Assembly: GCA_963666485.2 (NCBI GenBank)
Contig: CAXXUO010000001.1
Span: 416,001 to 480,000 of the forward strand
Direction of reading: 5' to 3'
Length of the DNA: 64,000 nucleotides
Source of the DNA: Syntrophorhabdaceae bacterium
GTDB lineage: Bacteria > Desulfobacterota > Syntrophorhabdia > Syntrophorhabdales > Syntrophorhabdaceae
Every line of letters begins with the position of its first letter. Position 1 is the first letter of the stretch. The position numbers and the translations under genes are program-made. The notes beneath the pieces were generated by a model that saw only the letters and a program-made list of their open reading frames with translations, searched no databases and had not been told where the DNA came from. Positions 18,882 through 27,616 of this stretch are shown here, one piece after another.

Positions 18882-19712
18882 ATGCCTCCGACGGATCAGA
18901 GTAAGAAATTTGTAAACCTTGCGGGGGATGCCTACGCCTATATCGTCCGTGACCAGAAGGTTCTCGTCGATCACGCGGGCGCCAGGCCTGCAATTCCCCG
19001 CGCCCGGGCGGTTGCCGGATTGGGCATTGATGCCTTTGACGGTTACAATATCGGCATGCGCGATGGCGCGGCCTGTTACGCATACAGCGTACCTGCTGCT
19101 GTCGAAGCCCCTCCGGGGATGACTTTTACCGGCCTTCGGCGGTCGTTCGGCGTCCTCGACCCGGAAGATTATGCCATGGCCGTAAAGGCCATGGGGATAC
19201 TGAACTGGGACAGGACGTGCCGGTTCTGCACTTCCTGCGGCTCAAAACTGGCACGCCTCCCCGATATGTTCGCGAAGCGCTGCGAAGCGTGCGGATTTAC
19301 GATGTTCCCGAAGATTTCCCCTGCCGTGATCGTGGCGGTTGAGAGAGGCGACACCCTCCTTCTCGCCCGTGCCAGCCGGTTCGCCGAGAATTTGTACAGC
19401 GTCCTCGCCGGTTTTACGGAACCCGGCGAATCGCTCGAGGACACGGTCCGGCGGGAAATAAAGGAAGAGGTCGGCATAGAGGTCAAGAACATCCGGTATT
19501 TCGGGAGTCAGCCCTGGCCCTACCCCGACTCGCTCATGATCGGCTTCACCGCCGAATGGGCCTCGGGCGAGATCGCGATAGACGATGATGAGATCAACGA
19601 CGCGCGATGGTTCACCGTTGAAGATATGCCGCTTATACCGGATAAAGTGAGCATTGCCAGGGAATTGATTGATAATTTCATAAAAAAACAGGCGATAGGC
19701 GATAGGCGATAG
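18882..19712 (+). CDS. nudC: NAD(+) diphosphatase / NADH pyrophosphatase
   Basis: Zinc ribbon FCTSCG..CEACG, Nudix box GFTEPGESLEDTVRREIKEEVG, and SQPWPYPDSLM. Confidence 0.95.
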   Translation: MPPTDQSKKFVNLAGDAYAYIVRDQKVLVDHAGARPAIPRARAVAGLGIDAFDGYNIGMRDGAACYAYSVPAAVEAPPGMTFTGLRRSFGVLDPEDYAMAVKAMGILNWDRTCRFCTSCGSKLARLPDMFAKRCEACGFTMFPKISPAVIVAVERGDTLLLARASRFAENLYSVLAGFTEPGESLEDTVRREIKEEVGIEVKNIRYFGSQPWPYPDSLMIGFTAEWASGEIAIDDDEINDARWFTVEDMPLIPDKVSIARELIDNFIKKQAIGDRR

Positions 19713-19773
19713 GCGATGGGTAACAGGATCCGGTCCGTCGGTTTTTGTTTTTCCCATTGCCTATTGCCCCTAT
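19690..19773. repeat. Heptamer array (AGGCGAT)x4 with a degenerate inverted arm
   Basis: aggcgataggcgataggcgataggcgatggg overlapping the nudC stop, then cccattgcctattgcccctat. Confidence 0.8.
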
Positions 19774-19778
19774 TATCT

Positions 19779-20738
19779 ATGAAAGCCATACTTTTTGACG
19801 GACAATTAAGGGTTGTTGACGTTCCGAAACCGGTCCCCGCTCCCGGCGAAGCGCTTATCCGGGTCACCATGGCCGGGATTTGCAATACGGACCTCGAGAT
19901 CATGAAGGGCTACCTCGGGTTCCAGGGTATAATCGGGCACGAATTTACGGGGGTTGTCGAGGCAACGGCCGGGGACGCTGCGAACATGACGGGTAAACGG
20001 GTCGTCGGCGAGATCAACTGCGGCTGCGGCGTCTGCGACCTGTGTTTAAGCGGACTTGGCAAGCACTGCCCCCGGAGGACAACGCTCGGCATCTCGGGGA
20101 GGCAGGGCGCTTTTGCTGAATATACGACCCTCCCCGCGGAAAACCTTCATGAGATACCCGATAGTCTCAGCGATGAACAGGCCGTCTTCACGGAACCGCT
20201 GGCTGCCGCATTCGAGATACTCGAGCAGGTCGCGGTCGGGCGCGGACAGCGTGTGCTCGTACTCGGCGATGGAAAGCTGGGCATCCTGTGTGCGCTGACG
20301 CTGAACTTGACCGGTGCCGATGTCTCACTTGCCGGCAGGCATCCGGGTAAACTGGCCATAGCGGCCGGCCAGGGCATATCCGCCCGTCTCGTGAATGATA
20401 TGCCGGAAGAAAGCATATTCGATGTTGTCGTAGAGGCAACGGGCAGCACACAAGGTCTCGAAAGTGCAATTACATACACGCGGCCCCGCGGGACGATAAT
20501 CCTCAAAAGCACCGTGGCCGACAGCCGCCCGGTCGACCTTGCCCCCATCGTCATCAACGAGATCACCGTCATCGGATCGCGCTGCGGCCCGTTCGAGCCG
20601 GCCATCCGGGCGCTTGTGGACGGATCGATCGATGTCAGGCCCCTTATCACGGCCCGCTACCCGGCGGCAGATGCCATGAAAGCTTTTTCGGCAGCCCGGG
20701 ATAGGTACAGCCTCAAGGTCCTTATCGATTTCAGGTAA
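19779..20738 (+). CDS. Zn-dependent alcohol dehydrogenase (MDR family)
   Basis: GICNTD, GHEFTG, CGVCDLC..HC, GDGKLG and GSRCGPF. Confidence 0.9.
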   Translation: MKAILFDGQLRVVDVPKPVPAPGEALIRVTMAGICNTDLEIMKGYLGFQGIIGHEFTGVVEATAGDAANMTGKRVVGEINCGCGVCDLCLSGLGKHCPRRTTLGISGRQGAFAEYTTLPAENLHEIPDSLSDEQAVFTEPLAAAFEILEQVAVGRGQRVLVLGDGKLGILCALTLNLTGADVSLAGRHPGKLAIAAGQGISARLVNDMPEESIFDVVVEATGSTQGLESAITYTRPRGTIILKSTVADSRPVDLAPIVINEITVIGSRCGPFEPAIRALVDGSIDVRPLITARYPAADAMKAFSAARDRYSLKVLIDFR

Positions 20739-20816
20739 CCCACGTCACATCTTTCATTCCAGCCCTTAAAACGGTATATTTATGTACGATACAAAGGCGC
20801 TATTACAGGAGAAGCC

Positions 20817-21509
20817 GTGACATCTTCGATTCGCACATACGATCTCTGGAAAGAATACGAGACAGGGGGGCACGACGGGATCGCGCTGAGGGGAATAGAT
20901 CTCGACATCGCCCGGGGGCAGATCATTGCACTCCTCGGGAAGAGCGGCTCGGGCAAGACGACGCTCCTCAATCTCCTTGCCGGCCTCGACGAACCGACGC
21001 GGGGACGTGTCGAAATAGACGGGATGGACCTCAAGGGCCTCGGGGAAAAAGGCCGGACAGAGCTGCGCCGCAACAAGCTCGGTTTCGTCTTCCAGTTCTT
21101 CAACCTGCTTCCCACGCTGACTGCCATAGAGAACGTCACGCTCGCGCTCGAACTCGCGGGGAAACCCGATGAGAGGCGCGCCCGGGAGTCGATCGCACTC
21201 GTCGGCCTTGCCGGCAAGGAAGACCGCTATCCCCATGAGCTCTCCGGCGGCGAGCAGCAGCGCATCGCGATCGCCCGCGCCCTTGTGAAAAACCCCCCGA
21301 TCATCCTTGCTGACGAACCGACGGGAAACCTCGATTCGCACACGGGGACGCAGATCCTGGAGCTGCTCACCGGCCGCTGCCGCGAATCCGGCACCACGCT
21401 CGTCATGGTAAGCCATTCCCTGAAGACCTGCGAATATGCCGACCGCATCCTGCGCATGCTTGACGGCCGGATCTTCGAAGAGGAATCCTGCGAGGGCCTG
21501 GCCCCTTGA
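20817..21509 (+). CDS. ABC transporter ATP-binding protein (LolD/MacB type)
   Basis: GKSGSGKT, LSGGEQQR and ADEPTGNLD. Confidence 0.93.
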   Translation: MTSSIRTYDLWKEYETGGHDGIALRGIDLDIARGQIIALLGKSGSGKTTLLNLLAGLDEPTRGRVEIDGMDLKGLGEKGRTELRRNKLGFVFQFFNLLPTLTAIENVTLALELAGKPDERRARESIALVGLAGKEDRYPHELSGGEQQRIAIARALVKNPPIILADEPTGNLDSHTGTQILELLTGRCRESGTTLVMVSHSLKTCEYADRILRMLDGRIFEEESCEGLAP

Positions 21510-23995
21510 AAAGAGTGCTGCGCTCCTTCCTTCGGTACCTGGCACGGCGCAAGAGCCTCGCCATCCTCCAGCTTCTCGGCATTGCCTTCGGCGTGGCCGC
21601 GGCTGTCGGGATGACCCTTGCCTCCCGGTCGGCCCTCGAAAGCATGGAGAATGCCGTCGACTTTTTGAAGGGGGGGTCGACGCATACGATAGCGCGCCCG
21701 GCAGGCCCGATGGAAGAGGGAATGCTTGTCAAACTCATGCGGGACCCGGCAGTCAAGTACTTTGCGCCTGTCATCGACAGGAAGGTGCGGCTCCCGTCGG
21801 GAGACCAGATACGGCTCCTCGGCCTCGACCCGTTCCTCGATAAGAATGTCCGTTCAATAACAGCACAGATCGCAGCTTCGGCAAATTCAACAGGCCGTGA
21901 CGCAGCTTTCACGTCATTTGTGCTCGATCCCCGCACAATACTCGTTGATGACAGCGTGGCAAAGACGGCACATATCAGTGCAGGACAGGACCTTATAACA
22001 ACACAGGGCCCTCTCAAGGTGGTACAGGTCTTTGGCAACGCGTCCGGGGAACCGCTCGTGATCATGGATATAGGGTATGCCCAGGATTTTTTCCGCATGG
22101 CAGGGTATATCGACAGGGCCGACCTCGTCGTAACGGATGAAGAAGGTCTGCGGCAGCGCTGGTCGCATGGTTTTGTCATCGAATCCAACCAGCAGAAGGC
22201 GCAGACATTATCTTCCCTGCTCGGGGCATTCAAGCTGAACCTCCAGGCATTGTCCCTTCTAGGCCTTTTTGTCGGCATCTTCCTCATATATAACACGGCA
22301 ATGTTCACCGTGGTCTCGAGGCGCAGGGACGCCGGGATACTGCTCTCCATCGGGGCTTCCCGGGGGCAGGTGACCGTGGCCTTCCTCGTCGAGATCCTCG
22401 TGCTCGGCGTCACGGGAGGGGCGCTTGGCGGGATAATGGGGTATTTCCTGAGCAAGTTCCTCGTTCAGATAGTGGGCAGCACCATCAGCAGCCTCTATTT
22501 TTTCCTGCAACCCTCGGCCCTCCCCTTCACATCCTGGAATGTCACCGGGGGGATATTGCTGGGATGCGCGGCCAGCATCGTGGGGTCACTGCCGCCCCTT
22601 ATCGAGCTTCGCCGCATCCAGCCGGTCCTCGTATTGCGGGGCAGGACCGCTTCGCGCTCGGCATCGAAGAGGATGAAGGTTATCGGGATGGCCGGGGTCT
22701 TTTGCCTTGCCCTCGCGCTGACCCTGTTCCTTTTGTCATTTCTCAATGTCTATATAGGTTTCGCCGGTGCTTTCGCATTTCTCTTAAGCGCCAGCCTCTT
22801 TGCCGGTTTTGCGATAATAGCGGGCGTGCCTTTCCTGAAACGGCTTTTCGCACGCGTGATCGGCCTCGCGGGCAAGATAGCCATCGGCAACATCCGGGAA
22901 AACCTGGGAAGGACATCCGTCGCCGTCGCCGCGTTCATGATAGCCCTGTCCATGTCGATCGGCCTGTCATCGATGATAGACAGCTTCCGCCACTCGCTCA
23001 TATGGTGGATGAACGGCCAGCTTCGCGCTGAGGCATACATATCGACAAAGGCTGACGTGACGGTGCCGCTCGAGGCGTACGATGAATTGAAGAAGATCCC
23101 CGGTATCAGCGGCATAGACGTTTTTCGCAATGTATCCATATCATTTCAAGGGAAACCGGCCGGCATAACGTCGATCGATGCCGCCGTGCTTCAAAAATAT
23201 TCAAAGTTCTCGTGGCTCGAAGGCTCGGACAGGTCCTGGGATGACGTCAGGCGCGGCGATGTGATCATATCGGAAAGTTTCAGCTTGAGGTTCAAGGTAA
23301 AAACCGGTGACAGGATCACGATCGATACGTCCCGGGGCCCGGCGACGCTCCGGGTGGCCGGGGTCTATTACGATTACGCCTCGGAGCACGGCGTCATCAT
23401 GATAGACCGGTCGTTGTACATCAAGCTCTTCAATGACAGCACGATAAACAGCCTGGGTGTCTTTATCGACGCCCCGGAACCCGAAAAGGCACAGATCCTG
23501 GAGAAAGCCCGTCAGCTCGCCCATAAATACGGCCTGCCCTTCTTTCCCCGCGGGCAATTCCACAACCGTATCCTCGGCATCTTCGACAGCACGTTCGCCG
23601 TGACGCAGTCCATGCGTATCATAGCGGTCATCGTGGCATTTTTCGGGATAGCGGGAGCGTTGATGACCCTTTTCGTCGAGCGCCAGAAAGAGTTCGGCAT
23701 ATACCGCGCCCTCGGGTTTACCACGGGTGATGTCGCAAAGATAACGGTCGCGGAAAGCATCGGGCTCGGGCTCATCAGCTTTTTCATGAGCACTGTCGTC
23801 GGGACGGTCTTTGCCTTCATCCTCATCCGGGTGATAAACCGCCAGAGCTTCAACTGGACCATCTTCTATCATTTCACGGCCCAGCCCTACCTGGTAACGT
23901 TCCTGACCGCCGTCGCGGCAAGTGTAGCGGCGTGCGCGTACCCTTTGTGGTCTGTGATCAGGAAATACCCGATAATGCAGATAAGGGAAGAATAG
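21506..23995 (+). CDS. ABC transporter permease with duplicated FtsX/MacB domains (AttF/G-like)
   Basis: Two TM + periplasmic + FtsX repeats (RRRDAGILLSIGAS; ERQKEFGIYRALG); overlaps the ATPase stop. Confidence 0.88.
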   Translation: MKRVLRSFLRYLARRKSLAILQLLGIAFGVAAAVGMTLASRSALESMENAVDFLKGGSTHTIARPAGPMEEGMLVKLMRDPAVKYFAPVIDRKVRLPSGDQIRLLGLDPFLDKNVRSITAQIAASANSTGRDAAFTSFVLDPRTILVDDSVAKTAHISAGQDLITTQGPLKVVQVFGNASGEPLVIMDIGYAQDFFRMAGYIDRADLVVTDEEGLRQRWSHGFVIESNQQKAQTLSSLLGAFKLNLQALSLLGLFVGIFLIYNTAMFTVVSRRRDAGILLSIGASRGQVTVAFLVEILVLGVTGGALGGIMGYFLSKFLVQIVGSTISSLYFFLQPSALPFTSWNVTGGILLGCAASIVGSLPPLIELRRIQPVLVLRGRTASRSASKRMKVIGMAGVFCLALALTLFLLSFLNVYIGFAGAFAFLLSASLFAGFAIIAGVPFLKRLFARVIGLAGKIAIGNIRENLGRTSVAVAAFMIALSMSIGLSSMIDSFRHSLIWWMNGQLRAEAYISTKADVTVPLEAYDELKKIPGISGIDVFRNVSISFQGKPAGITSIDAAVLQKYSKFSWLEGSDRSWDDVRRGDVIISESFSLRFKVKTGDRITIDTSRGPATLRVAGVYYDYASEHGVIMIDRSLYIKLFNDSTINSLGVFIDAPEPEKAQILEKARQLAHKYGLPFFPRGQFHNRILGIFDSTFAVTQSMRIIAVIVAFFGIAGALMTLFVERQKEFGIYRALGFTTGDVAKITVAESIGLGLISFFMSTVVGTVFAFILIRVINRQSFNWTIFYHFTAQPYLVTFLTAVAASVAACAYPLWSVIRKYPIMQIREE

Positions 23996-25161
23996 TGAAA
24001 AAAAGGTTCAAGGTTCAAGGTTCAAGGTTCAACGGTAAAAAATGGTTCCACGTTCCACGTTCCACGTTCCACGTTATTCTCTTTTGTCTTGTCATGGTGG
24101 TACCGGTAGGGGTGGCGTACGGAGGGGAGTGGAAGAAGGCGGAGGGGGTGAGGCAGTGGTCTTTTCCGAGAGACCATGGGAGCCATCCTGAGTACAGGAC
24201 GGAGTGGTGGTATTTCACGGGGAACCTCGCGGATGCGGCGGGAAGGAAATACGGGTACCAGCTGACATTTTTCCGGTATGGATTGGCCCTCAAGCCCCGG
24301 GATCCCGGGAACCCCTGGTCGGTGCGGGATATTTATCTCGTCCATTTCGCAATGACCGATGCATCGAATAACACGTTCCGTTATACGGACCGGGTTTCAC
24401 GCAAGGGGCCGGGGCTCGCGAGTGCGGATGAACGGAAAATGAACGTCGATGTTCTCGGCTGGTCGGCCGTCATGGATAAAAATCTTATACGGCTTAAAGC
24501 AGCCTTCGAGGGGATGGAGATAAAGCTGGACCTCATCCCGGTAAAAGCGCCGGTGCTGCACGGCCGGCAGGGCTTGAGCAAAAAAGGGCCAATGCCCGGC
24601 CAGGCATCATATTACTATTCGTTCACAGACCTGAAAACAGCGGGATCTATCAAGCTGCCGGGCATTCAGGGTGAAACTGCCGTCACCGGTACGAGCTGGT
24701 TCGACCAGGAGTTCGGCTCAAACCAGCTTTCCGCCGACCAGGCGGGGTGGGACTGGTTCGCCCTGCACTTAAGCGACGGGCGAGACCTCATGATCTATAA
24801 ACTTCGCAAAAAGGACGGGGCAGTCGAGAAAGAATCCTCCGGGACACTCGTCGAGCCGGACGGTACATCACGCACGGTTGTCCTTTCCGACATGACCACG
24901 GATATCCTCGGATACTGGAAGAGCCCGAAAACGAAAGGAAAATACCCGGCCGTCTGGCGCATCCGGGTCCCTTCCGCGCATATTGACGTTACGGTAAAAC
25001 CCATCGTGGCCGGCCAGGAACTGGCCAATACCGTGTCCTCCGGGATCACTTACTGGGAAGGCGCGGTCGAAGGTACGGGAGCCTCGAGAGGAAAGGAAGT
25101 TAAAGTGCAGGGATATGTCGAACTGACCGGGTATGCCGGCTCCATAGGAGGGACGTTTTAA
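23995..25161 (+). CDS. Secreted lipocalin-like AttH / CrtC-family protein
   Basis: FPRDHGSHPEYRTEWWYFTGNL, SYYYS, WFDQEF, GWDWFALHL, YWEG and GYVELTGY. GTG start overlaps the permease stop; the true start may be further downstream. Confidence 0.85.
   Translation: MKKRFKVQGSRFNGKKWFHVPRSTFHVILFCLVMVVPVGVAYGGEWKKAEGVRQWSFPRDHGSHPEYRTEWWYFTGNLADAAGRKYGYQLTFFRYGLALKPRDPGNPWSVRDIYLVHFAMTDASNNTFRYTDRVSRKGPGLASADERKMNVDVLGWSAVMDKNLIRLKAAFEGMEIKLDLIPVKAPVLHGRQGLSKKGPMPGQASYYYSFTDLKTAGSIKLPGIQGETAVTGTSWFDQEFGSNQLSADQAGWDWFALHLSDGRDLMIYKLRKKDGAVEKESSGTLVEPDGTSRTVVLSDMTTDILGYWKSPKTKGKYPAVWRIRVPSAHIDVTVKPIVAGQELANTVSSGITYWEGAVEGTGASRGKEVKVQGYVELTGYAGSIGGTF
24003..24075. repeat. Heptamer arrays (AGGTTCA)x4 and (TTCCACG)x4 at the 5' end of the attH-like gene
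   Basis: Tandem 7-mers read directly from the sequence; the frame stays open through them. Confidence 0.85.
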
Positions 25162-25264
25162 TTCCGGGAATAAGGTGTAAATTCAATCATTCTCTACAAT
25201 AATCACCTATGATGCATGACTTCATCGTGAGCCCGAACCTGCAATAATCTGCCGCAGGAGGTGC

Positions 25265-25405
25265 ATGATGAAAAAATTCTTTTTTGTCCTCGTTCTATTA
25301 TTGGCATTGTTTTTTTGCGTTAATACCGCAAAAGCCGATTGCTGGTTCGACCTGTTTTGCATCGTTTGCGATGACGGGACTTTTATTTGCGATGACCCTT
25401 TTTGA
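25265..25405 (+). CDS. Small secreted Cys/Asp-rich peptide, 46 aa (not in ORF track)
   Basis: GGAGGTG RBS. Translation MMKKFFFVLVLLLALFFCVNTAKA-DCWFDLFCIVCDDGTFICDDPF gives a classic signal peptide with an AxA cleavage site. Confidence 0.7.
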   Translation: MMKKFFFVLVLLLALFFCVNTAKADCWFDLFCIVCDDGTFICDDPF

Positions 25406-25732
25406 AAAGTGTCCGGTTTTCTCCGGGCCCTATATGTTATTCCGCAGCATGAGTTCCACCGGTGGGGGGTTGCGATAATACCGGTTCTTCAGATAGGGGT
25501 GGCCATATTTGACGACACCCTTATTGTGCTGCTGGAAATGTTTTTTTGTGTCGATACCGCAAAAGCCGATAGTCTGTTTTGCATCGTTCTTGAGGACGGG
25601 ACTGTTATTTGCGATTGAAAAGTGCCTGGTTTTTGCTCCGGGACCCTATATGTTGTTCCGGAGCATGAGTTCCACCGGGTGGGGGTTGAGATAATACTGG
25701 TTCTTCAGATAGGGGTGGTCATACTTGAGGAC
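25308..25732. repeat. Imperfect tandem duplication (about 215-230 bp period) of the peptide gene plus the 3' end of the DUF1722 gene
   Basis: 25308-25515 aligns with 25539-25732, with scattered substitutions and small indels. Confidence 0.85.
25520..25618 (+). pseudogene. Truncated, degenerate second copy of the Cys-rich peptide gene
   Basis: Reads LIVLLEMFFCVDTAKADSLFCIVLEDGTVICD*. It lacks the original start and RBS and two of the four mature Cys. Confidence 0.55.
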
Positions 25733-26590
25733 GTAGTGGTTGAGAAGGGTCACGGGTACTATAAGGGGTATGAAACCCCGGCGGTACCGGTCTATTATTT
25801 CAAGGAGCTCTTCTTTTTCCGCGTGTTCCAGGTCCTTCTTGAAATACCCCATGATATGCTGGAGAACATTGGTATTCTTGGCAACCGTGGCAATGAGGCG
25901 CAGCGCTTCCACCAAGGTCACGCAATATGTATCCATTGTCCCCGTGTCTTCGATCTTCACGTGCGCGACGATCTTCCCGAGCTGCGCCAGGTGCTTCGGG
26001 CTGTGCGCCATGATGAGGTACTTGTGGCGGGTGTGAAAATCTATAAGCCCGGCTGCAGTGTATGCACGCCCGGCAAACTCCTGCCAGCGCCGGTACACGA
26101 AAACGCGCTCGACAAAATTTTCCCGAAGTCCCGGGTCGTGCAGCCTGCCTTCGTCCTCGACGGGGATAAGGGGGAATTTCCTCATGAATGCGGCCGCGAA
26201 AAGGCCCGTTCCGCTAGAGACCGGCGGTTTCGCATCCCGGTATATTTTAACCCCGCGCATGCCGGATGACGGCGACTTGCTCTTGAATATGAAGCCGGAT
26301 AACCCGAAACGTTCCAACTGATCCAGTTTTTGACGTGACCATTCGTGCATCCGGGCAGTATGGTCGATACCCGTGCGGACCGTCACCAGCCGGGGATCTC
26401 CGATATCGCCCGCGAGATGCATGGGCTCCCGGGGAACGGGAAGGCCGCACTCCACCTCGGGACAGACCGGAACATAGGAAAAAAATTTGCCCAGGGTATC
26501 CGTAATGAACCTGTCATGCTTATGCCCCCCGTCGTACCGCACCTTCTCCCCGAGAAGGCAGGCGCTCACGCCGACCGTTATTTTCTCCAT
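25646..26590 (-). CDS. DUF523 (TudS-like) + DUF1722 (YbgA-family) protein
   Basis: VSACLLGEKVRYDGGHK, VCPEVECGL, KSKSPSSG, FHTRHKY, NVLQHIMGYFKK and QYYLNPHP. Confidence 0.9.
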   Translation of the reverse strand: MEKITVGVSACLLGEKVRYDGGHKHDRFITDTLGKFFSYVPVCPEVECGLPVPREPMHLAGDIGDPRLVTVRTGIDHTARMHEWSRQKLDQLERFGLSGFIFKSKSPSSGMRGVKIYRDAKPPVSSGTGLFAAAFMRKFPLIPVEDEGRLHDPGLRENFVERVFVYRRWQEFAGRAYTAAGLIDFHTRHKYLIMAHSPKHLAQLGKIVAHVKIEDTGTMDTYCVTLVEALRLIATVAKNTNVLQHIMGYFKKDLEHAEKEELLEIIDRYRRGFIPLIVPVTLLNHYVLKYDHPYLKNQYYLNPHPVELMLRNNI

Positions 26591-26759
26591 GCCCTGCACG
26601 TCTCTATCTTAAGTCTTTTAACCCACAGGATTCAAGAGGCCTGTTCAACGTTAAGAACTATTCCCTTTAAAAATGGTGGAACGTGGAGCCTGGAACGAAT
26701 CTTTTTCCTTTTCTTTTTTTATGCTATGATTGCCCTTATCGTATTAAAAGGAGGCAAGC

Positions 26760-27071
26760 ATGAAAAGGGCAATTATTGCCATCAGTGTTTTTGCGTTCGT
26801 TTTTGCTTTTGTGCTGACGGGGCATTCACTCACCCCTCAACCTCCAAGCGGCCAGAAAATTGAAAAGTTCACCGGGAGAGTCACGTCAGTCAACCTGGAA
26901 GATTCCACAATCGTCGTTCAATCGGCGAAGGCGGGCATGACATTCAATGTGAAGGGGGCCAAGCTCAAAGGGTATAAGATGGTTGCCAACATAAAGGAAG
27001 GCGACAGGGTGACGGTCCAGTATGTCATGCACGAAGGAAAGGCGACAGCGCGTACGGTGACCAAAAAATAG
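26760..27071 (+). CDS. Small exported OB-fold-like protein
   Basis: AGGAGG RBS, signal peptide, and GRVTSVN..IKEGDRVTVQY beta pattern. Confidence 0.75.
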   Translation: MKRAIIAISVFAFVFAFVLTGHSLTPQPPSGQKIEKFTGRVTSVNLEDSTIVVQSAKAGMTFNVKGAKLKGYKMVANIKEGDRVTVQYVMHEGKATARTVTKK

Positions 27072-27092
27072 GTTGCGCCAAAAAAAAGCAAT

Positions 27093-27123
27093 AAAAAAGC
27101 CGCCTTAAAGGCGGCCTTTTTAT
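27093..27123. terminator. Bidirectional Rho-independent terminator
   Basis: AAAAAA-GCCGCCT-TAA-AGGCGGC-CTTTTTATT between convergent genes. Confidence 0.8.
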
Positions 27124-27136
27124 TCGATTCAACTTT

Positions 27137-27472
27137 TCAGGCGCTGCATCCGGAACCGCAACCGCCGTCGCTCGATGCGCAGCAATCATCGCTTTTGGAC
27201 AACGCGGATTTCAGCAGAAACCCCTGGCCCATGGCCGATTCGATGAAATCGATGCTGATCGGCTTGGCATCTTCAAAGAGTTTCTTGTCGATAACGAACT
27301 GCACTCCGTGCTCGGTAAATGTTTCGTCGCTCGCTAACGGCCCATCCAGGGCCATGCCCAATGAGGGCCCCGCTCAGCCACCCTCGGTCATCATGATCCT
27401 GACCGACTGTGGGTCTTTTCCTTCGAGGATCTTTCTTATTACTTCCCCAGCCTTTTCTGTAACTTCGAACAT
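27137..27472 (-). CDS. HesB/IscA-like selenoprotein (111 aa, Sec33)
   Basis: AAGGAG RBS. Translation MFEVTEKAGEVIRKILEGKDPQSVRIMMTEGG-[TGA 27376-27374]-AGPSLGMALDG...; the TGA sits at the conserved GGC/GGU position and is followed by a hairpin. Confidence 0.9.
27337..27373 (-). promoter_or_regulatory. Putative SECIS element of the HesB-like gene
   Basis: UGA-GCGGG-GCCC(UCAUU)GGGC-AU-GGCCC(UGGAU)GGGCC; the apical loop starts 25 nt after UGA. Confidence 0.7.
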
Positions 27473-27616
27473 ATTGTCTCCTTTTCCCGAGGACTTAAAA
27501 GCGGCACTTTTTCAGGTGCCGTGTCACATAAAGATATACACAATAATTTATTTGTCAATACCGGAACTGTAACCTCTGGATAAGACAAGATATTTACCTC
27601 ACCCGAACCGGGCGGT

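Noticed and set aside
25403..25618. Sec readthrough of the peptide's TGA into the in-frame ORF 25409-25618
   Set aside because: The downstream frame is antisense-derived from the duplicated DUF1722 tail, frame conservation is explained by the duplication, and there is no comparable SECIS-like GG-loop hairpin.
25430..25732. Diversity-generating retroelement TR/VR pair (a copy of a gene 3' end next to the gene)
   Set aside because: Mismatches between the copies are not adenine-specific on either strand, the duplication extends into flanking DNA, and no reverse transcriptase is present.
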